The translations under genes and the position numbers were made by a program. From Takakia lepidozioides (taxonomy: Eukaryota; Plantae; Bryophyta): 64,000 nucleotides of DNA. Location of the stretch: the NCBI GenBank assembly GCA_030704615.1, contig CM060731.1, forward strand, positions 8,618,001 to 8,682,000, read 5' to 3'. Below are positions 11,967 through 24,435 of this stretch, piece by piece. Position 1 is the stretch's first letter, and each line of letters opens with the position of its first letter. The notes beneath the pieces were generated by a model. That model worked only from the letters and a program-made list of their open reading frames with translations. It was not told where the DNA came from and ran no database searches.

Positions 11967-13228
11967 TCACCCTGTGCGATCATGGACCACTGCCGCCAAA
12001 AGACAACTTCGCCCTTATCTGCAGCTACAGTTTAACTGCCAGATACCACTTTCTCTTTTTCTAGTTCTGCTCCTTTCAGTCTGTGTTGTTTGCCCCGCGA
12101 TCTCTCTTACATCAATAAAAAGTTTCAGTCCTCTTTCTACTGATCTACGTGCCTCTACAAACCTGCTAAGCGCCCCCATGGTGGTACGATCCCACAAGAC
12201 TCCTCATTCTGTCCACTCTCATGCTCTGCACATAGCGATGTTACGACAACTTCCATGCCAACGACTGACCTGTACGTCTCTCCACCCACATAGATCCCAT
12301 GCTACACGAAATACTAACACCGCCGTGCCCACACTCTTCACTCACTTCTGTTCGAATCACACCTTCTTGCAGCAATATAAACATTCACCAATAACTACTA
12401 GTCACTGCTCTCTCTCTCTGATCTCCTGGCCAACGAACTCCTACAATCTGCTGCGCCTCTACAAACACCTTGTCCCGCAGCTTACCACCTTCCACAAACA
12501 CCCTGTCCCGCAATTTACCACCTTCATTCACCCGATGGATCACGGACTAGCCCCGTCTCCCAACGCTTCAAAATTCAAAACATGCCACGTCTACCCTGGC
12601 GACGTCTGCGCTTGCATATGCCCTTCTCATCCCCCCATTCGCCATCTCATCCATCCACCGTACCCTCTTTCTGTCCAGCCACCCATATCCATCCACCCAA
12701 ATGATATCTCCTGTACCACTGACACGTGTATATACCGCCTCTATGATACTATACTACCCCTAATATGATGCCCATTATATATTCCGTATACTCTGCCTCC
12801 ATACCACAATAATTACCCCCTAGTCACATCTATATACGTCCCCCATACCACTAGTTACTTGTACCCACTATTCTGGGAGCCCCTTATTAACAGATGGATG
12901 AACGAACTTCATCCAAAACCCCTACCCACAATCCGCATCATCCTCCCCTCTGGGCACCCATATACATCCCCCTTCCCAAGGTATACTCAATATACCCCTC
13001 ATATTCTCTCCACCCATGCAAATTACTCTACCCCGTTCTCTACCCATCAATCCTCTGAATACATAACCCCCGCTCCCTCCACCTACCCTCACACTCTTAC
13101 ACAGTTTTGCCATACCCATCAGCCCCATCTCATTACCCATAGCCCACACGGCCGATACACACTACACCTAGGAAGGTCCAAACACTACCACCATCATCCC
13201 CCCTCCCCCGATAACTCCTACATAGATA

Positions 13229-16200
13229 CCTGACCTCATCCTATTACAATGCGGAGACATACAGCCAAACCCGGGCCCTACCACCATTAACGATACTATC
13301 AGAGAACTCCTCATAGATGCACAAGACAGATACGTTATATACTTCCAACCAGACACTGTGTCACTCAGGCACAGCTATCGACACATTGTCGACCATTTCA
13401 CCCCATTTTTCCCATGCGACCAACCCACTAACCATACACAATACATCACAACATTTGGACTACCGTCCAGCTACCCGACACTCTCTAAAACCCTCCTAAG
13501 ACTCAAATCCTTCCCCGCGCCACATCTCATCTTCTCCCTTATCATCCTCATTTCCCCTCTCCCAGAGACCTGTAATGGATACCTATTCTCCCACTCAGCC
13601 CCCCAGAGCCGCTCCCTCCTTCACAAAGATTACCTCCGCGTTCCCACAACTACCTGGCCGCTCTACACTCCCTATCCGCAATCCACACCTCCCTTAACCT
13701 TTTGAACTCCAAACCCGGAGTAGTGCATAAAATCCTCGGGGACCACCTCGCCTCAGTGGCCACGCCCGACCTAGACCAACGTCGCATCACCAATCAATTC
13801 CCCTTCCTCTCCAATGATATCATCTCTGCCTCACTTCAAGCAGTCTGCACCCCGATACCCGGCTACGATCCCCCAACCACCGCCATTACTGAGGAACCCT
13901 CACTTGCCCCCTCTCCCAACCGCGCCCTCCCTATTCTCAGCGACTTCCCAAGCACACTAACGATCACCTCTTGGAACGTGGGCTCACTAGCCACTAGCAT
14001 ACCAAGCCTACTCCATCTCTTCATCCACTCTTCGCAACCACATATCTTCCTACTACAAGAAACCAAACTACATACTCACAATACTAGCAGCTCCTACATA
14101 AATAAATTGTTACCAGATTACTTCCTCTTATATGGCACCTCCCTAACGGCCCGACAGTGTCTCTCGTGCCGCTCCGCACCATACAAACCCACTAGGGGTG
14201 GAGTAGCACTTGGAATTCTTAAGACACATCACTCCCTAGTACCACCACCAAAATTGCCATACCTATCCCCCTTCGTTCGCACCTTCAAATTATCCACCTA
14301 CACCTACCAGCATTATGCCCTATCACCCTCATCCACCTATATATGCCCTCACATACCGACGACCTCCCCCTCATACCTGATTTATTAAACATTATTTCCC
14401 ACACAGTCACCCACCCAGATAACCAACACTACCATGTCATACTAGCCGGCGACTTCAACAGAGACATCGCACTACAAGGACACTCATACAACAAAACTCA
14501 CAAACCACCATCCCCAATCGACCATGAATGGGCTCGATTCACCAACCTATTACAGCTCAAATACATTCCCGCTGACTCCCACTACTCTAGGCAAGGGGGT
14601 CTTAACTACTCCTCCTTAAGCCTCCTTGATGGTTTCTATCTCAAAACCGTTAATACAATTCCGTCATATCTCCTAAGCCACGTCCAAATCAATAGCTTAT
14701 GTAACTCGGACCACTACCCGATAACCGTGTATCTTCCCCCCTCCCTCATTCCCTTTCGACCCCTCCCTCATTCCCTTTCGACCCCTCCCAGATGTACATA
14801 CGCCCTCACCCCAGCCTAGAATCCTCTCCCCAATACCCCTATGTAACATCAAAGCTTTCCAAAAACATTTCCATCCTGCCTCTTCAAATTTTATACACAA
14901 GATCTCTCACATACTTACCGATACTAATCTACATTCTTCCCCTGATACCACCTGGATCGAAGCTGAGTTCGCATCTACAATACAAGAAATGACTAAGAGT
15001 GTTTTAGCCACATGTCCCCCCCCCCCCCCTCGACCTCCCCAAACCACTCGATCGAAACAAAACGAGGGTTACCTCACCCGGACCCAGAAATGTGAATGGA
15101 TCTCCCACCTCAACATCTACCTTACCATACGTCGGGCTCTTACTATCATATCTCCTTCCTCTACCCCGCCATATAATAAGTGGAGAACCGACCCCCGCAC
15201 ACCTGTTTGAACACTCTCCCCGCATGCCAATATATTATGCCCCCACCTGAGGACCCACTTTCTCTTCCCCAATGGACCGCCTCCCTCTCCAAACTTGGAC
15301 GAGAAGCCAAAAAACCTGCTTATATTATCACAAAACAAAAAGCCTCCGCCAACCACAAAAAATTTGTCGCCTCTTTTGGCCAATTGCTCCATGAACACCC
15401 TAAACGGGCCCACAAAGCCATCTTCAACCCTGCAATCAACCCACCCATCGACCGCCTCAGACACAGGCTAGGCCACCTATTAACGAAACCCGCTGACATC
15501 AACACAGAGATCTGGCTCCAGGCCTCGTCTTCCTATACACCTAATGTTACCAACTGTCTTCACCCCACCCACCACGCACCCAATTGCATCTGTAAAATCA
15601 AACACTACCCGTGGCACGATCTCGACGGTTTCTCACTGGAAAAGCGAGGGTCCCCCACTGACCGTATCCTTGATCTCTTCACGACTGACTTATATGAATC
15701 ATGCCTAAAAGCTCTCTCCAAAGCTAGGGCCCCGGGCCCAGATCTCATTCCCAATGCCATACTTCAAGCACTTGACCCCCAATTTCATGTTCTTCTATTT
15801 AAATTCCTTCACCTATGCTACCGACTACATCGTATACCACAATCCTGGAAGCATAGCCGGACCATCCTACTATTTAGAAAGGCGACCCCACGGACCTTAG
15901 TAACTACAGGCCCATAGTCCTTGCAAACACCATATACAAACTATTTACCAGCACACTAACTGCAATGTTATCCTCTTATGGCGAACAACACCATATTTTA
16001 AACGACCCGCAGGAAGGCTTTCGAGCAACACGTAGCACTACCCAGCAAATACAATATGTTATCTCTGCCCTTGAAGACGCTAAACTTACTAAACAAGATA
16101 TCTATCTTCTCTATATTGACTTAAAAAATGCCTTCGGTTCAGTGGACCATCCCCGCCTGCTGGCCATTATGACAGATTTTGGATACCCTATAGATGCTAT

Positions 16201-19200
16201 CCAACTCATTGGTAATATCTACACCAATAGCACCACCGAATACTCCGGCTCCTACTATGGATCCACCCCACCTATCCCCATATTACGTGGCACCATCCAA
16301 GGGGATACACTTAGCCCTTACATATTTATCATTTTCCTCGAACCCTTGCTAAGATGGCTCGCCCCGAGGCAACCTAGGATATCAATACAAAACATCCTTC
16401 AATGAAATCTCTTCAGCAGCTTATGCGGACGACCTTGCCATCATTGCATACAAACCGCAACATCTCAATCGCCAAGTGGACAAATTATCCCGCTTCAATC
16501 AATGGTCTGGTATGGAGTTAAGCCTTCATAAGTGCGCAGTCACTGCAACCACACACCATAGCAAACTCACAAAATCCACGATAGCTTCCCACTGTAAGCT
16601 CCATATACACTACCAACAAAAACCCCCCGTTCTTAGGCCCGAACGAACCCTACACTTATTTGGGCATACAACTGGTCTCGTCACTCACTTGGCATATACA
16701 GAGGGACACAACCCTTTCCAAACTAAAAAACAAGAGTCTCGCCCTACTCAAATCCCCGGTCTCCATCCGCCCTAAACTAGCCATAATCCAGTCAGTTCTC
16801 AAACCACAAGTCCAATATGTCTTCCACGCAGCCCACTTCTCTTTACCAGACATCAAGCAGCTTGACCAACAAATTACCCAACTCACCAAACGAATATGTG
16901 GCCTACCCACTAGCACCCCGAATGCCCTCACCCAGCTCCCCCAAGATAGCTACGGTATAGGCTCCAGCCCTTTAATTATTTCCTATGCCCGCACTCTGGG
17001 GTCACTAGAAGCCACTCAACAATCCTGACCGCCTTAGACTGATTTTTAGTGGGCTCCTTAAACACCTGGCCTCTAGATATAATGGACTATACTCTCTCCC
17101 CACCCTCCACTCCCAATCATGTCTCCACTCCCCCACTGCCCGATCGTTGTTCATCCTACGCCAAATGAGAATCAACATACAAACCGACCTCCTGGGCTAT
17201 CCCAACTCTATATCGCTACTTGAACGTGCCTGGCTTAATAGTCCATTCTCCTCATAATTTGGCAACTTGCATCCCCGTCAAAGGAAATCTATCCTTGCGT
17301 ACTTCAAAACTCGTCATATTACTCATCTTGCCCAACTCACTACAGCTACCGGGAATAGGCTCTTCACCCCATGCCAATTTACCCTAAAACACTCCCGGGC
17401 TACTATCAAAACCCGTCGATATTTGTTACACCTCCGCACCATCTTTTGTCACCCGACCACTGCTTGTACCATTGATTGTGACCTCCCGTGTTCACTCTTC
17501 CCACACCACAAACAAGACCTCCTTCCACAATTTCGTAAAGCCCCTGCCACCTCAATTCTCCAGCAGCTTAAAGCCACCCAACACACTCGTACTCGCCCCC
17601 CACCCGACTCCCCTTCTTACCCTCCACCCACCCTATCACCTCCCTCCCCCAATACCGCAACAACCCAACTCCCATACCCCCTCTTTATCTGCCACCCCTC
17701 CGACTGCCCCTCACCTAACCAACCCTGATCACCCCGATGCCTTCGTTATTGATATCAAAACCCTAACCTCGCTATACTCATTCGGCGCCACCTGTGTAGA
17801 TACCTACTATTTCTATAAATGGGCAGGATTCCCTACAGAAGATAATACATGGCAAATCAAAGATGACCTTTTTGGGAACCACGAAGACTGTGACCCAGCC
17901 TATAACCGTGACCTTCTCACCAGTTTCCACAAAACAACTAACAACCACTTTCTGGCACACACCCACCACTATCATGTCTCCCAAACCCAGTTGATAGATG
18001 CACACTACATTCGTAATCCCCTTGTCGCAACTAATATTCATATACAAATCTCTGAATGCAACCCCGACAAAGATATTGACCAAACCTCCCCCATCATATG
18101 TCCTAGTCGCATAGTGTCCAACATATACACATTTAGCGGCTGCTCGCTTGCTCTATCCCTCATATTACGCTCGCCTGGCTCTGGAACAGATATACCGCCC
18201 CCACCACCACCACTAGCCAGTTACAACCCCCAAAGCAATACCTCGCCACTGAAGTATGTTGGCTTCTCGACAAATACCTAAGTGACACCCCCACCAAAAA
18301 ATCGTGCTCCCCCGACAAACTAGCTCAAACCTATACCCACAGCACTATCCCTCCGGACATCCTCAAATTTCTCATCACCGCATTCCAACTTACCCACTCA
18401 TATTACTCAAGGCCACTCACATGCCCTCTTGACCTCTCCTCCTATGATAGCCCGCACCCCCGGGACTGTGTATTCGAAGCCCTCGGATCAGCCACTCCAC
18501 CCTTGGTCCGGTGGTGGCATGGCACATCCACCACCAGGGCCCCTTGCACACGAAGCTCTTCAATGGGCACGCTTTGTCGCTCATTCCTCCCCCACCGCAT
18601 CCACTATCCTCATTCTCACACAACAACGCCTACCTGACCACCACACCCCCCTTCTAAAACTCCCCCAGAGGTAACACCATTAGTTGTCTTCGAACCCAAC
18701 CATCTCCGCTATACGCACAATCTGCCCTTTCCTAAATACCTCCGCCACAAGGAACCCACTGTAACCCTACTCTTGCTTGTCCAAGCTACCTCTCGTACCC
18801 CTATACACCTAGACATTTCCACTCGCCTCACCCATCTCCTATCCGTTACCCATGGCATGTTACTCACCACCTACCCGTCTCTAGACTCACATAGCTCTCT
18901 TGCCAGACCATCCTCCAGGACAAAACCTAGCAAAGCCTGGGCCAGTACACCCCCCGCCCCGTTACCCTTCACAATATTATCTCCCATAAAGCCCCTCCGG
19001 TTTACCTGGGGGTTACTTCCCCCAAATACCCCCCACTCCATTCACACTACACTGACGGCTGCCACTCTGGCTCCCATTCCGGGTACGGTGTATACCATGC
19101 CGCCACTAACACACGGACTGCCCACCGACTCCCGGGCCCTGCAACCATACTTCGGGCCGAACTCATGCTATTTCACAATTAGCCTCGTTCCCACCACCAT

Positions 19201-20617
19201 ACTACATTTTCACGGATAGCCTAAACTCACTCTTTATACTCCGTAACCACCTTGTCTGTCCTTCCTCTCCCACCTCCACCACCCTGATAGAAACCTTATC
19301 TCTGCAATTATCAAACTTGCTATCTCCATTAATAAAACCATTCATTTTCTCAAAGTTCGATCCCACACGGGCATCCTCGGCAACGAGGAGATAGACCTCC
19401 TCGCCCAACTAGGGGCCTCCAAACCCCCAGTTGAACCTTCGGCAGACCCCATCCACATCGCACATGCACACCCCTTTTGGCTGCTTCACCCAGTACCCGA
19501 CCCACCAGAACCCCGGCCAATCCGGAACCTTCATTCTACTCTGACTAAAGAAGCTAACAAACAAGCCTCGGCTTCTCTTAGCCATACCAAACTACATATC
19601 CAAAAGTGGACCCAATCCACTGTACTCCACCACAAACTATCAAACCACTTTTGGCACACTAAAGCCGTATCTGATGCTCAACTACGACAGACCCTCAAAT
19701 TCAGATATGCCCAATACATGGGTCATCAGCATAAGCACACCTTCTGGCCCACCCGCTTGTTTTCCCCGCACTGCCCACTATGTTCCTACATCCACGCGAC
19801 CCGCGATACCCTGCCCCATCTTCTCAATAATTGTCTCCACCCCGTCATCCACGGACTCCGTATTGCTCAACATAACCACGCAGTATGGCATATCTATAAA
19901 CTCCTCCTCAAATGTAATATCACTCGATGGTTCTCATTCATCAATGCAAGCACCTATCAAGGCCGACCCCCGGACCATACGGTACCACCTTAGCTGCTTC
20001 CCTGTAATTGTAGTCCTCACTCACCCTGCAAATGCCCTGCCCGACTCTGCCCGGATATCCTTCTAGTCCAAGGACTTCCCACTAACGCTCTCCCACCCAC
20101 TGAACCGTCCCCTGCTTACACCATCCATTTCATAGAATTTACATATTGCCACGACCGCTTCCCCAGCTCCTTTATCCTCGAAAAACGCCAAAAATATGCA
20201 TCGCTTATCCTTGCTATCCACAGGCGAGGATGGGCCACAGGCCCCCTTACTGTCATTTCTGCTGGCACTAGAGGGGGCATCCATAAATGCTTTAAAGTTG
20301 TACACCTCATGGCGCTCCACTCTCTTACCGCTATCATTACCAACAAACGTCAGCTTGAATCTATTCCCCCTCTTGCCCCCTAGGTATTCCAGTCGCCTTT
20401 AGGTACCCGTGGGTACCCATGGGTACCCCGTGGATCCCCTTGGGTACCATGTGGTACCCTTGGCTCGGGCTTCTCTCCATCAGCCGGTCATTTGGTGTCC
20501 CCTGGGCACTGGCATTTCACATAGGGCCCATCCTTGAAAAGGGGCAGTAGCCGCAAGGCGAAGTGGCTCTTAGTTACGCCGACTTCGGCCGGAGTCTTTT
20601 CTCTCTCTCTCTCTCTT
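13229..20617 (+). mobile_element. Degenerate Dualen/RandI-like non-LTR retrotransposon ORF2 and 3' UTR (APE, RT, chromodomain, MTase-like, RNase H, CCHC, RLE)
   Basis: APE: TITSWNVGSL, FLLQETK, AGDFN, SDHYPI. RT: APGPDLIPN, QEGFR, YIDLKNAFGSVDH, GTIQGDTLSP, YADD (16422-16433). RNase H: YTDG, TILRAEL, FTDSLNSL, KVRSHTGILGNEEID. C-terminus: CPLC-x11-H-x4-C, HNHAV, PDI, IEFTYCHD, KRQKY. Ends in a (TC)n tail. Many frameshifts and stops. Confidence 0.85.
20401..20462. repeat. Six short tandem palindromic GGTACC-core repeats in the LINE 3' UTR
   Basis: aggtacccgt gggtacccat gggtaccccg tggatcccct tgggtaccat gtggtaccct. Confidence 0.7.
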
Positions 20618-21879
20618 CCCCTTTTTGCCCTGGTTTTCAGTCTGGTTGTGCTCAATTTGTTGGTCTTTGTGCTGCTTGTGTGGTATCCTCTTGCAGAATG
20701 TGCAAAAACCCTCTTTCCTCCCTTCTATATGTCTAATAAGCATCTTGGTGGCTGTGGATTGGTTTTGGCAGGTCAGATGTCTTCGTTGTTTAAATGCCTG
20801 CTAGTCTTGGCACACTCCAGGTCTATCATTCCCACTCTCATTTCACAGCTATCCTTCCTGACAGGTATGTCACTCCATCTCTTACTCACTGTATTGTCTT
20901 CTTTCTCGCTGTCTTTATCTTTCCAGCAAAGGGTGTCCTGCAGGTCTGGGTTTTTGGTCATTTCCATCTGGTTTGTAAAACCTTCCATGTTAAGAGCCGG
21001 TTTTTGCTCCCTTTCTGAACCTTGACATCCAACCTGGTTATGTTCAAGCTGTACATCATTGCAAGATAAGTGTGGTTTTTTTGGGCAGTTCACACTAACT
21101 ATGCACTCTTCCCTTGTCCTAATTTCAGTGACGGTGCTGGTGTCTATGGGCTGGTCTTGGCAGGCCTACAGTCTCTCACTATTCTCTTGATAGATAGATT
21201 CATGAACTCATGTGTTTGTGGTTGTGGTGTACATGCAGTGGGCATGGAGTTACTGCATATTCGTGACCTGGGAACAGTCTTGACATTAATTTATAACAAG
21301 GCTGATGTAAGGATGTTTGTCATGGCTAGTGAGCCAAAGCAGGAAATTTAACGATTATGAGGGCAACATGTATGTTATGTTCGCCCCCTTAGACTCTGCT
21401 TTGAGGAGCCAGATTTTGGGACATGAGTGCTATTTTGTAAATCTGACTGGCAATTGTTTAAGACAATCTCTTTTTACATATGAAATCAGTCCCTTCAGTG
21501 CCTTTGTTATGTCATTTGCGCTTTGTTCTTTCCTATGAATGATGGTGGGTTTGTGATTTTCCAAATAATATTTCTTAACAACTAATTTGATGCCACGCTT
21601 CCAACCCAACAAACCACTCTACAGTAGGCACCATGACTACACAACACGCATCATACATTGACACGTGTCATATCCTTGAGAAAACACCGGGCAATGAGCT
21701 TCTATAGGCATAGTCCTGGGAATGACTTTAAATACATTTAAAGATCAAAATAAACTACTTATATGGTGCCACGTGTCTAGATATTAGCATGGTTGTCGTC
21801 AGGAAATGATGCAGGACTCCTCATGGAATGACATGACAGTTTGAAGACGTATATGGCGACATTCATACTCATTATATTC

Positions 21880-21991
21880 ACGTGGTTGTCACGACTTACA
21901 GTCAGCGCAGTCATATGTACCGTTTATGACTACGGGATAGTCATATATACAGTCATATCTACAGTCATATATACCGCGATCTGTTGTAGTG
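21880..21991. mobile_element. CACTA-type element end with subterminal (A)GTCATAT repeats
   Basis: Ends in ATCTGTTGTAGTG, the same 13-mer as 8028-8040, preceded by tandem CAGTCATAT(A/C)TA repeats. Confidence 0.5.
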
Positions 21992-22483
21992 AGACATCCA
22001 CTACACTTCGAGCAATAGCCCATGTTTTTGCTGTAGGAACCCGGGATGCAAGTGCCACAGTTTCCCGACTGTAACAAAGATTTATGGCAGCACAAAATCG
22101 AAGAGCATCTTCGAAAAAGATAACCCGGCTAGCAAATCTGCACTCGTTGAGCCCAAATTAATTAGATTATTACATCTGAAGTTAGAGTTACCTGCACATG
22201 CCTGCACATGTAAACTATTGCAACTAGCATACAAATAGTTGATTAATTTTCTGATTAACACTTGGTCCTAACATGTTTTGAAAAAATACAATCTGCTTCT
22301 TATCTTGAGAAAAATTGTCTCGGTGAATAAGTATATAGAGCTAATATTAATTAAGACACCTCCATAAGCCCATCCGAGCAAGGGTGGAGCAAGGCGAGGT
22401 AATTCAAATTAGAAAAAAACATCAAATGGAATACATTGAAAACACATAAGGTCTAGAACATCTACAAGACCCAAAGCGAACCC

Positions 22484-24435
22484 TTACCTTGTCTTTACGG
22501 GTGTATTCAGTTTGTGAGGCCGCATGTTAGAATCCATACACGCCTTATGCCACTCTTGGTGGCCCTTGCCAGATTTTTTTGGCCACGTAATGCACTTCTG
22601 TATCTCAGCTTGAGCATGTTTAATCGATACATAAAACAACCCTTGACAAACTTTATCGTTGTTCGTAGCATATTGACATGCTTTGGACATAACATGTCCA
22701 AAACATGATCTTGGAATGGTTCGGTCAAGGCTAGACTGTCACAAGTGACCACAGATCTCAAAGCTTGTGTCATTGTAGCTAGATTAGACCCCTCGTCCTT
22801 GACGAAACAGATGATTTTTTTGGTAAGGCCAAATTTCTCAAGGAGGTCCTTTAATTTGACGGCCATAGCTGCACCGGTAGTTTCTGTAGCTTCAAACAAC
22901 CCAGTGTAACGTGCTTCGGTTCCCAACCAGCGGTAAGAAAGTTCACTACAAGGGCGAACACGTCATATGTACCTTTTGACATCCATAGATCAAAGTTGTA
23001 GCAGAAATGCATGTAGATAAGGCAGGTAGGACAAGTCTCCAAAGTTTGACTTACCATGGAAGGTAGGATGCTGCAGTTGCCACTGCTTCTGCCCAGAAAT
23101 GGTGGTCCAACCTCATGTTGCAACATACACCTTACACTCTCAACAAGTGTTCCACCATTGAACCGTTGTTGACTTTGAAAAATGACCAAGCTGGTGATGT
23201 CCGACAATGTGGTCTCCAAAAAGTGGCTTGCTTACACAACATGCGCCATAGAGGTTCTTGTAGGCTTCTCCTGCCGTTTCAAGGGACAATCTAGTGTCCC
23301 CAATCGGCCTTTCCCTCTCTGGTGGCATTGCCAAATTGTTGATTCCTACACTTTTACATGGCAAGCCATGGCTGGGAGTGACACTTCCTTGAGACTCATG
23401 CATAGGAACGTTATGATCAAATATAAGGTCAGGTGGTCGATTTAATGCATCAGTGCCCTCTCCCTCCATTCCACTTGAGTGTGGTAGTGCGGGTCCCATT
23501 TCCATCAATCCGTCTATGCATGCGCCCCAAGATCCAAGCTCATTAATGTCATCTCTTTCCATGATTCCTAGACCCTACACCCAAAGCTCAAAGTTCATTA
23601 CTGTGGGCCCTCCATCACAAATCCAAAAGCATTAATGTGGGTCCATTTCCATATTCAATCCATGTGGCCGTGCCAAAACTCCAAGCTCCTTAGGGCGGCC
23701 CCCTCCCATTTTCCATCAATCCATCGCTTCCTAATCCCAAGCTTTATATTAAGCTCACTACAGCGGGCCCCATGTTCCATCAATCATCCAAGCTTTACAA
23801 AGCTCACTAATGTGGGCCCGTTTCTACCAATCTAGTAATGTGGCTCCAATTGACTAGTCTACTAGTGTATGAGTCCTCGATCAATCAAGCAATCGGCCAT
23901 ATGCCACGCCCAAGCTCGACGCTTCCTTCTGCAGGGCCTTTCCATCAACTCTACACCCCAAGCTTCAAGCCACCTTGTGCCACGCCCAAGCTTGACGCTT
24001 CCTTCTACGGGGGCCCTTTCCATCAACTCAACTTCAAGCCGCCTCGCAACATTACATCTGCTATTCACCCTGGCAAAACTCCCTGGACATAACTCATAAC
24101 CCTAGCCAATGACTCACACCTCAAAACCGCCTACCAATCGCTCATAACCTTAGGTTATTAGACCCAATATATAGATTCATAACCGTCCACTTTAAAAAAA
24201 CCCAACAGGTTATCTACATCAATTTTCAAAAGTTTGGCCTTAGCCGGTTATTATTGTTACTTGTATGCCTACAATCCGCCGGTTCCTAACGGGACCGGTT
24301 ATTTCAAATTTTCATCTCCTGCGGTTATATGTATATATAACCATATAGATAACCAACTGTTATTAGAGTTAAAAACAAATAACCGCCCAACATTGGTTGA
24401 TACCCGGCCAAACCTAGATACCTGACCAACACTGA
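22484..24435 (-). mobile_element. Degenerate hAT transposon (transposase core remnants, subterminal repeat array, terminal motif)
   Basis: Frameshifted FDLWMSKGTYDVFALVVNFLTAGWEPKHVTLG / LFEATETTGAAMAVKLKDLLEKFGL...VKDEGSNL / CITWPKKSGKG...KLNTPVKTR. About 8 GGGCCC..TTCCATCAA repeats lie at 23480-24035. TAACCGCCCAACATTG near 24380 matches the MITE end at 5027-5041. Confidence 0.8.

Noticed and set aside
11854-12768. 304-aa ORF as a host gene or the Dualen cysteine protease
   Set aside because: Low-complexity C/A-rich sequence with no recognisable protease or other motif.
20535-20575. Hammerhead ribozyme at the LINE 3' end
   Set aside because: A stem-GCAA-stem followed by GAA is present, but the CUGANGA core is missing.
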